A stretch of DNA of 64,000 nt from Schmidtea nova (lineage: Eukaryota). Made by a program: the position numbers and the translations under genes. This document shows, one piece after another, positions 38,151 to 50,600 of the stretch. How positions within the stretch are numbered: the stretch's first letter is position 1; each line of letters begins with the position of its first letter. The notes under the pieces were generated by a model. That model worked only from the letters and a program-made list of their open reading frames with translations, had not been told where the DNA came from and did no database searches. Where the stretch lies: contig CM097883.1 in NCBI GenBank assembly GCA_044892505.1, positions 185,566,001-185,630,000 on the forward strand. Reading direction: 5' to 3'.

Positions 38151-38254
38151 TCTATCGTTATATTTACTTAATCCTAAATAGTAGCCTTAATTATTTTTTT
38201 AATATTTTATAATGATTTTATTGGATGAAAAAATTTATTTTAATTTTTTTGTGC

Positions 38255-39174
38255 GAATTGAATGTTGATGGACGGTTTGTATTTTTTTATGTAAAAAGTC
38301 TCGGAAGCTAATCTTTGTAATGAATTTTTGAATCATTCTTGTAGAATCTGGCATTTTGTTTCTTCTATAGATGGAGTTGTTTTATGTACTTTCTCCCAGT
38401 GTTCGTAATAATTACTGATTTTGTTTTTAGTGTGTTCATTAAGTCGGGTGCGAAAAGTTCTATGTGTTTCTCCTATGTAAGTAGCGTCACATTTTTGACA
38501 AGAAAGTTTATATACTATATTTTTGGAAAAGCAAAAGCATCGGGTTGTGGAACGGCAAAGACATTTATGTTTGGAGATGTTGGAAATTGGTGGCTTTCGG
38601 AGTTGTGATTTTAACGGTGCGGAGGTTATGAACGTTGGACGGATGTGGATAGGCAAATCTGTTTGATTAAAAATGTTGGTGATTTTGTTGGCTGTAGTGT
38701 CATTTAGGAAAGGTAATCTTAGATATGTTGTGTGTTTGTTATTGTTATTGTGTTTCTGGCGTTTTCTATTGTTGCGTTTATTGTGGTATGGTTCGTTAAG
38801 GAAGTGTTTCTTTACAAAGTCTTCAGGGTATCCATTTTGGAGGAATCGTATTTTGAAGTTTTCTAATGTTTCTTGTATTTTGTTTGAGTCTGAACAGTTT
38901 CTTATGGCTCTTTTTCTTTCTCCTATTAGTAATGCGATTTTGCGTTGAAGTGGAACGTGGCTTTTCCATGGGAGGATATGACCACTATGTAAACTTTTAC
39001 AATATAGCTCGGTGTTTGCATTTAGTGTATCTTGGCTTTTTTTGAAACTTACTATGGTATCTAAAATCGGTATTTTACCTTCTGTGTTCGGTGTTTCAAA
39101 AGTGAATTGTATGTTGGTGTTAGTAGAATTTGCGTGTGATAGGATTTGATTGAGAGGGATTGTGGAGACTATGA

Positions 39175-39175
<1 letters not shown>
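38255..39175 (-). mobile_element. Second Penelope-like element, 3' fragment (RT thumb + GIY-YIG), decayed
   Basis: NIQFTFE...IPILDT; VYKLSCQKCDATYIGETHRTFRTRLNEH; YIKKYKPSINIQ. Truncated at (TA)n. Confidence 0.85.
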
Positions 39176-39251
<76 letters not shown>

Positions 39252-41428
39252 ATTAAAGTTCTATATATATATAAATATTATACTAATATATAAAAAACGG
39301 AGGCACTACAAAATTATTGAATAAAAAAACACCGTATTCAGATTTTATTGGCTTTGATCTTTTATTTCTGTATAATTCATACGTTAACATTAGAGAAGTG
39401 GATTTTCCAAAATACGAATTATACAATATTTACTTGTCATAATAAATAATTACAAAATATTATATTATTCTTATCTTTGGAATTTTTTAATGAAAATTAT
39501 GAAATAAATTAAGTTATTGCAAATTTATTATTTGTACTGCTTTGCTCTTTCAAAAAATTTTCTCAGCACTTATAATCATCCATACGCTATAGCGAGCTCA
39601 TTTCTCTCAGCGTATAAAAACGCCCATAGTACTCAAATGTTAAATCATAGTAATTTATATGATGCAGCATAGTGAAACTTTAACAAAAATGATTATAGGT
39701 TATTAATTATAAATCTGGGGTCTCCTGCTACAAATAATGGATATCTTACTTACAGAAGTTGAAGCCCTAATTTTTCGCGCTTATCAACACGTTTATAGCG
39801 TCAATAGAATGCAAATATAGATATTGAACGCAAGGAAAACTTAAACCAGGTAAATATTAACATATCATTAAATAGAATTTTTCAAATGGGACCATCTCAA
39901 TTTCGGAGCTTCCACACATAAGAGGTGGTAAAATGTCCATTATTTCAACTTTGATTTTTATGATAGACACCAAAAAATATTGTAAGTCCAAAATTTCTAG
40001 TTAAGTCACCGCTCTACCTTTCGAAATTTTAATGTTCCATTTCCTAGTTTCAAAATATATTTTTATATTTAGATTTTAAAAAACAAATTTTGTAGATTTT
40101 CAATTTTAAAAAATATTATTGAAACTTAAAAAATGGAGTGAGATATGTTATAATGTTTTAAAATATTTATAATTCATAATTTACTAATAATTATAAGTAG
40201 TATATTAATATTAATATATTTAATAAATAATTTTGCCTGTAATTTAATGTCTATAACATAAATATGGAAATATTTCATCATCTTTATTGAAACTGAAAGT
40301 ATTTTTTTGAATAAATAATTATTAATAATATTACATCATTAACAGAAGAAATATGTCATCGAATTTTTTTATTATTTCACTACGCTAGTTTGTAAATCGC
40401 ACTTTTCTTGTTTATATTTTGAAAAGTGTGGCAAAATTTTGGTTGCAACATTTTAATTATAAGTTTTGAACATCATATCTTCTTAGTCAGTGACTTAGGT
40501 CTGTGATGTAGTTCTTTCTAATTCATAATAACGTGAAAAATATGTTCATATGTGAGACAGGCGGGTGTTACAGCACGCTAATTGGGTTATAAAATAAAAA
40601 ATGACATTATGCGAACATCCGGAAATTAATATTTAAAGTGTTGAGCTAAAGCAAAATCCAAATAAGTTTGTTTAATTGAAGCGGTTACATAGCATGTAAA
40701 CAGCACGCAATAAGTGAATAAAAAATGCTATCAGAAAATACCAAATAAACACTAATAGCATGAAAACCCAACACATTAGTAGACAGGTGAGTACACTACA
40801 GAACAAATGAAATTAAGTAATCGATGAGTTAGCTAATCAAAATCGAGTGACCCTCTGGGTATTTTTTTACACACACCCCCATACTTCTTTTACATACACC
40901 CATAATATTTTTTACACACAATGAGTCATCAAATTTTATTTTTAAGGTCATTTTAAGGCCAAGGTCAAATTTTCAAAAATTCAAGAACTGATTATCAATA
41001 TTTATTATAAATACATTAAACGATTCTAGCACTGTTGATTTTCTAAATCGGAGACACTGCTTCTTTTGGTTCTACTTTATAGACTTGAATCGATATATCA
41101 ATAAACCAATTTTCATTATCCATAAATTAAGCAGATTAAAATGAGTCATGAAATTAAGTTTTCCTGTTGTTGATAAATATTGTTTCATTGCAAGATAATT
41201 TTTTGTTGATTTTCATCAAAACTTTATTGATTGCACCGATATCTTCTTTATAAAGCTGACTGATTAAGTTTGGATATTGCAATGTGGACAGCTTTACTGG
41301 ATATGAGCACTTGAATTGGGTTTCATTTACCAAGAAAAACATTTGATAATCGTGAAACATTTGAACCGGTCTGAAATCATTTTTGGTTTGAATTGATTTG
41401 GTTTCGTTCTTTACTGGTTTCATTTTAA

Positions 41429-41668
41429 TCCCTTACCGCACACTGTAGCACATCAGTTACATCCTATAAAATGCAACTAAAATTATGTTACTGAAAACAA
41501 GCTGTCAAATAATGGTATACATTGCTTCCAATATCTAACCGATACATGAGCAAAGATTCCTCTCAGTTACATGTTTTTTGCTGTACGTGTTGTGTATGTC
41601 ATTGATAAGTGTCTACCTGTCAGAAGGATTTAGGAAGAAAGTCACAAAAAACGTCATGCAGTAAGGGG
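41429..41668. mobile_element. piggyBac-like MITE
   Basis: TTAA on both sides; TCCCTTACCGCA / TGCAGTAAGGGG imperfect TIR. Confidence 0.5.
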
Positions 41669-42726
41669 TTAAATGAATCTTTAATTGGACTCAATTTGAT
41701 AAAAAGATTTTGCATTTTTGATATTTTATATGAAATTATTGTATGTTTATATCTTTATTATTGGTTTTTTTGCACTTTTAATGTATCGGACTTTTGTTGT
41801 ATTAGATTTTTTGTTGATATTATTATTATTATCATTAATATAATTAATTTTATTATCATAATTATCTTTTTGTTTCACCGTTGATTTTTTTTAATATTAC
41901 TATCAATAATTTCCATAAGACTATATATCCAAAAATATTTTTTTAAACGAGTACAAAATAATTTTGATCTATTGTTTTATGGAAATTATTTATATTGATA
42001 TTATTATTATTTAATCCATTAGGTTGAATCACGGTCGCTAACCACAACGACTTATATGCTTCAATAAAAAAACTAAAGATAAAAACAAACTCATTTAAAA
42101 TTAAAATCTTGTAAACTGATTGACTTCATTATCATCAATAAATTCTGGTACTTAAAATCGTCAAAATTTACCTATAGAGATCTATTTAAGTGTAATTAAA
42201 TCTAAATATAATTATTATAATAAGTTATTAAAAATATAAATAATGGAAACGATAACATGAAATTAAATTGATATAAAACATAACTTATAAAGTATCGTTA
42301 ACGCGCTACTTCACATAATTTAAACATTAGTATGAAATAATTTTTAACAACTTTAAATACAATTGTAGTGCCTCCGTTATTTATATATAAGTACAATATT
42401 TTTATATACAGTAATTTAATTAAATATTATATCTTTATTTTTATATATTAAAATCAAATATGGATTTATTTATAAAAAACAAAATTGTTTAAATCACCAA
42501 AAAACATTCTTTTTAGCTGGATTCAAAAATAAAGCAAGCAAGAAATAAACACTCAATCATCTAAAAGAAGAAATAAACACTCAAAGCATCACACACTCCA
42601 AGCACCACGCACTCCAATCATCAAAGCACCAAGCGCTCAAAGCACCACGCATTCATAGTAACCAAGCACTCCAATCACTTTAAGGAAGACATAATCAATT
42701 GACAATTACATTTGAATAATAATAAA

Positions 42727-43116
42727 ATGTTTTACTATGTTATAGCCTTATTCTATCTTATTTCAGCAGCTAAAAATGGTGTCAGAAATCCTCCTGATGA
42801 CAGTCAAACAGGACTGTTTACAAAGCAACAAATGAATCAATTACCACGACAAATGACTCAAATAATTCCAATAAACATTCGGTTTAGAGAAAATTCCGCC
42901 GAAAATAGCTCTTTACAATTCATGCAGGCTCAGAGGAATAGACAAAGCCAAATGCCACATGCAAGAAGTGGTTATCAAAATTTTCACAATCCTCACATTA
43001 CATTTGCAAATCCAACCGGGAACTTTCGACAAGAAAGACCTCAAATGAATGAATTCAAGTTTCAAGAAATTCAAAATTCAAGAATGATCCAAGTTGTCAC
43101 AAATTGTGGCCAATGA
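42727..43116 (+). CDS. ORF0: 129-aa Q/N-rich ORF with a signal-peptide-like N-terminus
   Basis: MFYYVIALFYLISAAKN...; N-terminal segment conserved in the diverged copy at 37680-37729(-). Confidence 0.4.
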   Translation: MFYYVIALFYLISAAKNGVRNPPDDSQTGLFTKQQMNQLPRQMTQIIPINIRFRENSAENSSLQFMQAQRNRQSQMPHARSGYQNFHNPHITFANPTGNFRQERPQMNEFKFQEIQNSRMIQVVTNCGQ

Positions 43117-43463
43117 TGAAGCTGATGCCCAACAATGTGAATCCAAATAACCGGTGTTCTTTCCACCATAAATTCAATAAGCCGAACGAGCACAATCGGC
43201 ATAACTCCTACAATAATCGGTCATTTATTAGGAAGAACAAAAGAATCAAATATGTCAATGATCAATCTTCAGTAATCAATCTTCAACATCCACACGGCGA
43301 GTCATATTTTAAATTTATACTATTAATTAATTATTTATTATACACATTCCTCTTAAATTGCATAATATTATATATAATACCTATTATAATTATAAAATTT
43401 TATGCTGCACAATTTTTCTACTCTCCCATTAAATTCTATGCTAATAACCCCACTCAATCCACC

Positions 43464-44576
43464 ATGTACAACAACGATTCCTTCGCCACTTCCCCAACAT
43501 ATGTACTAACGCGTTTCAACCACAAAACACGCCAAATCCCCATTTTCACGGATTTGCGCACTGATATCGCCACCTCTCATCTGCTTAATAGGAATGATTT
43601 TTACATGTCGTACAACGGTTTCCCAGTTTCACCCAATGCTATAATAGAAATTCATTGCCGCGTTTTAGGAGGCGTCCGAACCACTACAGAACCGTCTTAT
43701 CTATCCACGTCACGCCAAATTTTGTTCTTTTTGGATCCCGACGGAACACCCTTGTCGTGGTTCCGCATTTTCGAATCGCGCACGTCTTCTTTTCCGAAAT
43801 CATGCGCCGATTACCTACTCGACAGCCTACCATCTGAGCTGATAGCCGAGCTTGCACCAAAAATAGCCGACGCGCTTTACGCAGACAACCCGTACGATGA
43901 TCTCAAATCACTGATAGTGTCAAAATACACCTCATCACAAACCCAAGCTCTCACAAAGCTTTTGGCACCACAAAATTACTCAGGACAACAGCCAAGCCTA
44001 TTCCTAGAACAGATTGCCCGCTCCAACGACACAGCCATTCCAGATCTGTCCAAAAACACGCAACTTTTAAAACACCAAATCTTCTCAGCACTTCTATATA
44101 ATCTACAAACCTCCCTCGCATTGGTAGACTCTGAAGACCCGTACCATCTTGCTAAAATAGCTTATCGTATTTATGCACTTCAACCCCATAAACCGCGCGC
44201 TGATAATTACACACCACCACCGCCACCTTCCATTGTCAACGCAACACATTCACCCGAAAACCACTACACCTGCAACGTCACAAAGTATTCCAACTATACA
44301 CCTCCGTTACAGCAAGCACAACGCCCCAATCATCCACCTGTTACACTCACACAGAATGTACAACCAAGTAGCAGTGCACCACTAATTTGCTATTTCCACA
44401 GCCGATTCAAAAAACATTCACAGAAATGCTGCATTGGTTGCGCTTCCGAATTCCACAACCCTCATAACCCAGTCATTCCAATCTGTATCCACCACCACCT
44501 GTTCAAGAACGAAGCCAAATCGTGTATCGAAGGGTGTACATGGCACAAGACCAGTTACCATCATGCAAAAAACTAA
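43464..44576 (+). CDS. gag: Ubiquitin-like domain-Gag fusion (370 aa from the ACCATG at 43464)
   Basis: First 70 aa end IEIHCRVLGG. Then Gypsy capsid-like FFLDPDGTPLSWFRIFE...YDDLKSLI...QQPSLFL and two C-terminal CYFH..F...CCIGC / CIHH.LF..CIEGC Cys-His motifs. Confidence 0.75.
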   Translation: MYNNDSFATSPTYVLTRFNHKTRQIPIFTDLRTDIATSHLLNRNDFYMSYNGFPVSPNAIIEIHCRVLGGVRTTTEPSYLSTSRQILFFLDPDGTPLSWFRIFESRTSSFPKSCADYLLDSLPSELIAELAPKIADALYADNPYDDLKSLIVSKYTSSQTQALTKLLAPQNYSGQQPSLFLEQIARSNDTAIPDLSKNTQLLKHQIFSALLYNLQTSLALVDSEDPYHLAKIAYRIYALQPHKPRADNYTPPPPPSIVNATHSPENHYTCNVTKYSNYTPPLQQAQRPNHPPVTLTQNVQPSSSAPLICYFHSRFKKHSQKCCIGCASEFHNPHNPVIPICIHHHLFKNEAKSCIEGCTWHKTSYHHAKN

Positions 44577-44654
44577 CTGAGTCGTCGGATATTCTTGGAC
44601 GCTCCGATGACTTCCTGCCAGTGAACACCTCTTCTCTCAGCAAACCACGTCCAA
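44567..44654 (+). promoter_or_regulatory. -1 programmed ribosomal frameshift signal (A AAA AAC + stem-loop/pseudoknot)
   Basis: Heptamer 44567-44573 in the gag frame directly before TAA; 6-nt spacer; 10-bp stem 44580-89/44603-12; loop TTGGACG complementary to CGTCCAA at 44648-54; downstream ORF is in the -1 frame. Confidence 0.75.
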
Positions 44655-45301
44655 CGTACACAATATTAACTCCGCCAGCAAGCACCATCTCAGAAACAAC
44701 CGCTACTCTCTCCACAGTATTATTTCCTCACACGACACCACCACCAATAGCAATACAAGCACCAACACCAGAACAAGAACCAATCAGCACACCTTGCACA
44801 ACACTAGCAACAACGCCAACAACATTACCCGACACACCTCACAGAGCACCACCTGCATCACTACCAGCAGCAACATTCACAATTCCATCAGACGCACCAC
44901 TATTAATACCAGAAGCACCGCTCACCTTTTCCGACGACGAAACCCGCACAGACTACACACATATTCTAGCACAGCCGCCACAAACCACATCTCCGTCTCC
45001 ATTGTCACCAACTACCACCGCCACCATAAATAAGGCAACACTAACTACACCACCCTTAAACAGAATCCCTGAAAATTTCACCATCAACGCCCAACCGTTC
45101 GAAGAATACGGTCAAATCAAACAATGCACAATAACATTTCTCGCAGATACAGACTCATCATATTCAATCCTACCCACCACCTTCACCGCGGACACACCCT
45201 GCTCATCCTCTGCCATAGCCACGAACGGTCCAGGTATAAAGCTATCGGGTGCAAAAACAATCGAGTTTCGCCTACCAGGTTTTTTTTACTCCGATCCTTG
45301 A
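44574..45301 (+). pseudogene. Truncated pol: P/T-rich spacer plus aspartic protease remnant
   Basis: FLADTDSSYSILP (DTG changed to DTD), followed by deletion to the pre-PPT region. Confidence 0.75.
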
Positions 45302-45352
45302 ATCCGTTTTTGCATTTAACCTATACGCTCCGCGTACTTCGGAGGGGGCTAT

Positions 45353-46075
45353 TGTAGTGCCTCGGTTATTTATATATAAGTACAATATTTTTATATAAAG
45401 TAATTTAATTAAATATTATATCTTTATTTTTATATATTAAAATCAAATATGAATTTATTTATAAAAAACAAAATTGTTTAAATCACCAAAAAATATTCTT
45501 TTTAGCTGGATTCAAAAATAAAGCAAGCAAGAAATAAACACTCAATCATCTAAAAGAAGAAATAAACACTCAATCATCTAAAAGAAGAAATAAACACTCA
45601 AAGCATCACACACTCCAAGCAACACGCACTCAAAGCACCACGCACTCCAATCATCAAAGCACCAATCACTCAAAGCTCCACGCACTCCAATCACTCAAAG
45701 CACCAAGCGCTTAAAGCACCACGCATTCATAGCAACCAAGCACTCCAATCATTAAAGCACCAAGCACTCAAAGGATCACACACTCCAAGCACCACGCACT
45801 CCAATCAGCAAAGCACCAATCACTCAAAGCACCACGCACTCCAATCATCAAAGAATCAATCACTCAAAGCTCCACGCACTCCAAACCATTAAAGCACCAT
45901 GCAATCCAAGCACTCGAAGCACTCGAAGCACAACGTACTCCAAGCACTCCAAGCACCACGCACTCCAATCATTAAAGCACCACGAACTCCAAGCACTCAG
46001 AACTCCAAACATTCAATCACTCAAAGCAACACACACTTCAATTACCAAGCACTCCACCACTGCGATGGCTCTACA
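45353..46075 (+). repeat. 3' LTR with internal AAGCACCACGCACTCC-type repeat expansion
   Basis: Follows the PPT; TGTAG...CTACA inverted ends (3' end inferred). Confidence 0.7.
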
Positions 46076-47341
46076 TACCCTCCGCGCACTTCGGCGGGGG
46101 CCATTCTAGTGCCTCCGATAATAAATATTTAAATATTTATTTAATTATTTATTAAAAAAAATATAACTTGTTTTAATAACAAGTTATTTTAGAAAAGGAG
46201 AAATTTAAAATTAGAAGCACAAGACGTTATTTTGAAGAACCAATTTTTTAAAATTTGTATTGGATTGAATAAATTTTTACTTTATATTGTAGTTTTTTCA
46301 ACATCCCTACAACAATATAAATTAACCACAATTTTTCATAATATAAATTAAACACAAAAATTTAATTAACAAAATAAAATTAATTATATTATTAACATAA
46401 ATGATAATAAATTTATTTTACCTCGTGTTGATTAATATAATACACGAAGATTCTTAAATTTAGTTATTTTGATAATCTTTATGATATCTATGATTGCTAA
46501 TTCTAAAGTTAAATCTAAATTTAAAATAATTAAAACTTACAATTTGTATATTATCAGTTCTTGATCAGAACAAGGTTCATGTGTAGAAACTTATTTGGAT
46601 TAATTTGATGAAATTATTAAAATAGAACTGGTAAGTCAACGCAATGAATTAAAATGTAGAAATCGCTGTTTTATTGTGAATATTTATTGGGTGGGTTGTG
46701 AATAATATTTTACGTATTTTATGTGTTAATATGGATGACCTTAAGATATATTTAAGTGAAAACAAACTTGTTTAGTGAAAATACACATGTTTAGTGAAAA
46801 CACATCTCTTTAGTATTTTTATGATGGTTTTAGTACAGAACATGGTCAATTTCAGTGTTTTTTGAGTACCAGTTAACCAAAACTTATTTGTCAAAGTAAA
46901 TCAATGTGGTTTATATGTATAAATTATTACTTACACGCAAATTTTAAAAATAAAGACATACTTTTTCTCAAAAGGTCAAAATTTTATAGATAAAACAGTG
47001 TAATTAAAGATTGGATAGGGTGGATTTCAAATGTGCGGAGTTACACAAACCTGTATGACATGTCGTTGTATGACCTACAGTTGCATTACAATATCTGTGT
47101 TGTCGATGCACATGAGATGTAGTCAAGTTGCAATAGGGATTCAATCAAATTACAAAAGAGATACAAGTTGTAATTCATGACTAATACATACACACAAATC
47201 TTGGAAAATATAAATAAATACTTGAATATTTATGATTATTAATAAAATGAAAGAAATATTTATAATAAATTTGATTGATGGTCTGTTATCAAAAGAAAAG
47301 AATGATATTAAGCACATGTGCTCCATCTTGTCTTCTCTTTT

Positions 47342-47391
<50 letters not shown>

Positions 47392-49121
47392 ACCTGATGT
47401 CGGTTCTGAACATGTGCATAGTTGAAAAGTCTCGACTAAGTAGTCATTGGAGCATTTCTGAGAGTAAACGTAATACAACTTTTCGTCTCTCTCTGATGTC
47501 AAAGCCTAAACATCCTCGAACACCTCATCGTATGTAGTAATACTTACGGATTGGTGGCGTGGTCAAAAGCAAGACATTTTTCAACATAGATTTTAAGGCT
47601 GGAATCGTACTGTATTTTTTTGAAATTTTGCATTGTATTCAAAGACAAAAAGAAACATAATTTTATTTTATATTATTGCATTTTAATTAAAATAACATAT
47701 TAACACAGCATTTATTGAAAATTCATTGACGAATTTATAATTCTGTGGTGCGATGTGTGTAGCGGTGATCGTTAGTTATAATAAACTGCCGATTTTTCCG
47801 ATATCCATTTCGTTCGCAGGGTTACCCATTCAAAGATTCATCGGAAAGAATTAATCATTTATACCTTCTAAACTATCCAACAATGCTATATCGATAAGAA
47901 AATGTTCAGCGTAAAGTCTTGGAAAAAAGTCCAAGGAACAAAAGATTTTTAATGTTTAGAAGAATTCTTAATAATACAATATGTGAAGTTGATAGAAAAT
48001 TATTTTAAGTCTTGATAATCTGATACGTTAGTATTCATATCAAATTTGAATATTAAAAATTCTGTAACTATTACTACAGAAAAATGTATTTATAAAATTT
48101 TTTTTAAGAAACGAAAAGAGGATATAATACATAAATTTTGCTAAAATCTTTACTACATCACCATTTGTCCCGGTGAAATGTGAAATGAAAAAATAAATCC
48201 ATACGGATGAACAGAGAAGCAGAAGATACTTTCCAGGAATGATAGCAGCATTAATCCACCCATTTGTTGTGACTGACTGAGAACTTTTCATTTAGTAGAA
48301 AATAGCGAGGGAAATACTATTATGACAATCAAGTATTAAATTATTAATAAATAACAAAATGCACCTTTGCTGCAAAGTTTTATTAGTTGAACATTTTTGA
48401 TTATTAAATAAGGACCGAAAAAGATTTTATAATTGAAAATTTTCACTAACTAGAATTTTTCAGCAAAGACTTATTTTGTTATTTATTAGTTATTTAACAT
48501 TTATTTAATGTCTCTATCAAGAAAACACTATTTTAAATTAAAGCAATTAAGGTACAATATATGATCGAGGTCAATTCTCTTTAATTTTATTAGCTTTGCC
48601 TTCTTAGACTCCTTCCTACTTAAAAGACTTTAACACTTAGGCCTTAAAATTACTCATTCTTTGTAACTTTCTCGTTTGCTTTTATTTTTTTTTTAAATTT
48701 TCCAAAGACAAAATCTAATTTTGTATTATTCAGTGGATGCTTCGTATTATAGTTAATCATTTAGTGTAAAAGAACATTTAACTTACGATTTTTAATTTCA
48801 AAAGAGAAATTCGAAATTCCTTGCAACAATATTGCTATTGCAATTGAATTTTTCCCGATATTTCGCTGATTATACACAATGAAGCTCAAACATTCGAAGT
48901 TGTGATAAGTCTAGCACAGTGTAATTCGGTCTATGCAAACAAATATGCTCATATAAAACGCTTAACGCATTCCGCCCTCGACGGCGCAATATCAAAAGAT
49001 CATGAAATTGTCATAGCAGTACAGATATATACATAGCTATATTTAAACAAATTCAAAGCTTATTACGGGTTAAACCTCATTAATTCAAATTACCCCTTAA
49101 TTCGAAGTATTTTCCTGTCTT

Positions 49122-49522
49122 AAATTAATTAATAAATAAGTAACAAAATAAGCCTTTGCTGCAAAAATAATTTTATTAAGTGAGAAAATTTTCGATTATC
49201 AAATAATCCTCGTTATTTGATAATCGAAAATTTTCTCACTTAACCTGTTAACCGGGCAGGACGTATATTCAAGTCCTACGAAAATTACTATCAAACGGGC
49301 GAGACGTATAAATGTAGTGCGCAAAAACTGGCGGAACTTTGTTAGCCTGTTGTATGACTCATTTTTACAAGTTTTACATATGTTTTGAGGACGCATTTAT
49401 ACGTCTCGCCCGTTTGATAGTAATTTTCGTAGAACTTGTATATACGTCCTGCCCGGTTAACAGGTTAATAAAATTATTTTTGCAGCAAAGGCTTTTTTGT
49501 TACTTATTTATTAATTAATTTA
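49122..49522. repeat. Compound palindrome: outer hairpin split at TTAA by two inserted palindromes
   Basis: Outer arms 49122-49179 / 49465-49522; inner hairpin 49176-49243; MITE 49244-49464. Confidence 0.85.
49244..49464. mobile_element. piggyBac-like MITE
   Basis: ~70-bp TIRs starting CCTGTTAACCGGGCAGGACGTATA; TTAA TSD. Confidence 0.8.
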
Positions 49523-49726
49523 ATACTTAATGCTGCTACCAAGGAATCACCATTTTATATTTTCCTGTCTGTTCAATTTGTCAATTATAACTACTTTGTT
49601 AATTCGATTACATCATTAATTAGAACTCCCCATAATTCGATTTTGAATTTAAATTTAAAACATCTTTACCTTTATAAATCGATGTAAATAAAATTATTTT
49701 TTTCAAGCATATTTCAAAGCCGGAAA

Positions 49727-50600
49727 ATGTCGAAATGAAATACAAAATATAAAACATTAAAAGTTGAAGATAAATTAAAAGATATTCTAGAAATTGAAGA
49801 GGGAAAGACTCAAAAAGATGTGGCTGCAAAGTTTCAAGTGAAACCTAACACGTTGTCTACAATTTACAAGAATCGTTCAAATTTGCAAAAAATTTTACAA
49901 TGTAAATCTTGCAATGGCGAAAAGGAAGCGCATGAGGGCAGCAAAATTTGAAAAAGTGGATGAGGCTATAAAAACATTTGTTTCCGAATACAGAAATAGC
50001 AATATTCCAATTAATGAGATTATGATTCAACAAAAGACACAAAAATATGGGGAATCCTTAAATTGTGAAGACTTTAAAGCAAGCAACGGGTGGATTAATC
50101 GCTTCAAGAAAAAGATCTGCGATGAAGTGGCGCTGTTTAACTTGAGATGCCGTGGAGGCCGAAACAAAGTGTTGCTACCGATTGGATCAATATTACATTA
50201 AAACCCCTGCTAAGAAAGTACGACTAAAATTAAATTTCTAATGGAAATGAAACCGGCCTTTATTATAAATGCCTACCTGGAAAAACATTTGTATTAAATA
50301 GAGATAAGTGTCTAAAAGGCAAATTCAGTAAGGAGCGAATTACGATAATGCTCTGTTCAAATATGTCTGGCGCTGACAAGATTACATCTTTGGTAATAGG
50401 GAGATCAAAGCGACTGCATTGCTTCAAAAATATAAAATCACTTCCAGTTGAATATAGTTTCAATCAAAAAACATGGATGAACGTTACGATTTTCGAAAAA
50501 TGGCTGTTTAAATTAGATGAAAAAAAAACAAAATTGAAAAATATTGTTTTTTTTGACAATTTCTCTGCATACAAAAAATATTTTCTACAAAAGTTACAAA
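49727..50600 (+). pseudogene. Tigger/pogo (CENP-B-like) transposase pseudogene
   Basis: HTH-psq-like KTQKDVAAKFQVKPNTLSTI; FKASNGWINRFKK; NETGL; KERITIMLCSNMSG; NQKTWMN; FDNFSAY. Frameshifted. Confidence 0.9.

Larger units (their letters stand above)
37680..39310 (-). mobile_element. Disrupted LTR/5' region of a relative of the 42364 Gypsy, interrupted between two (TA)n tracts
   Basis: 39310->39249 reads TGTAGTGCCTCCG...; homology resumes at 37978 (ATTGTTTAAATCACCAAAAA) and runs to the MFTYFLALLCFISVAKN segment at 37729. Confidence 0.7.
42364..46075 (+). mobile_element. Internally deleted Gypsy element (5' LTR part, ORF0, Ubl-gag, PR, PPT, 3' LTR); RT/RH/IN missing
   Basis: Direct repeats starting TGTAGTGCCTC at 42364 and 45353; PPT at 45341-45352; no TSD found. 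Confidence 0.85.

Noticed and set aside
37805-38171. (IY)n ORFs (also 5898, 47150-47537) and the poly-I ORF at 53421
   Set aside because: Translations of (TA)n and (ATT)n microsatellites.
38150-38330. Expected hammerhead downstream of the second Penelope
   Set aside because: No CUGANGA/GAAA core found on the coding strand. Other CTGATGA hits in the window (e.g. ~42795) lack the remaining core.
47000-48300. Possible minus-strand host exons (e.g. IPGKYLLLLCSSVW)
   Set aside because: No consistent splice chain or family recognised.
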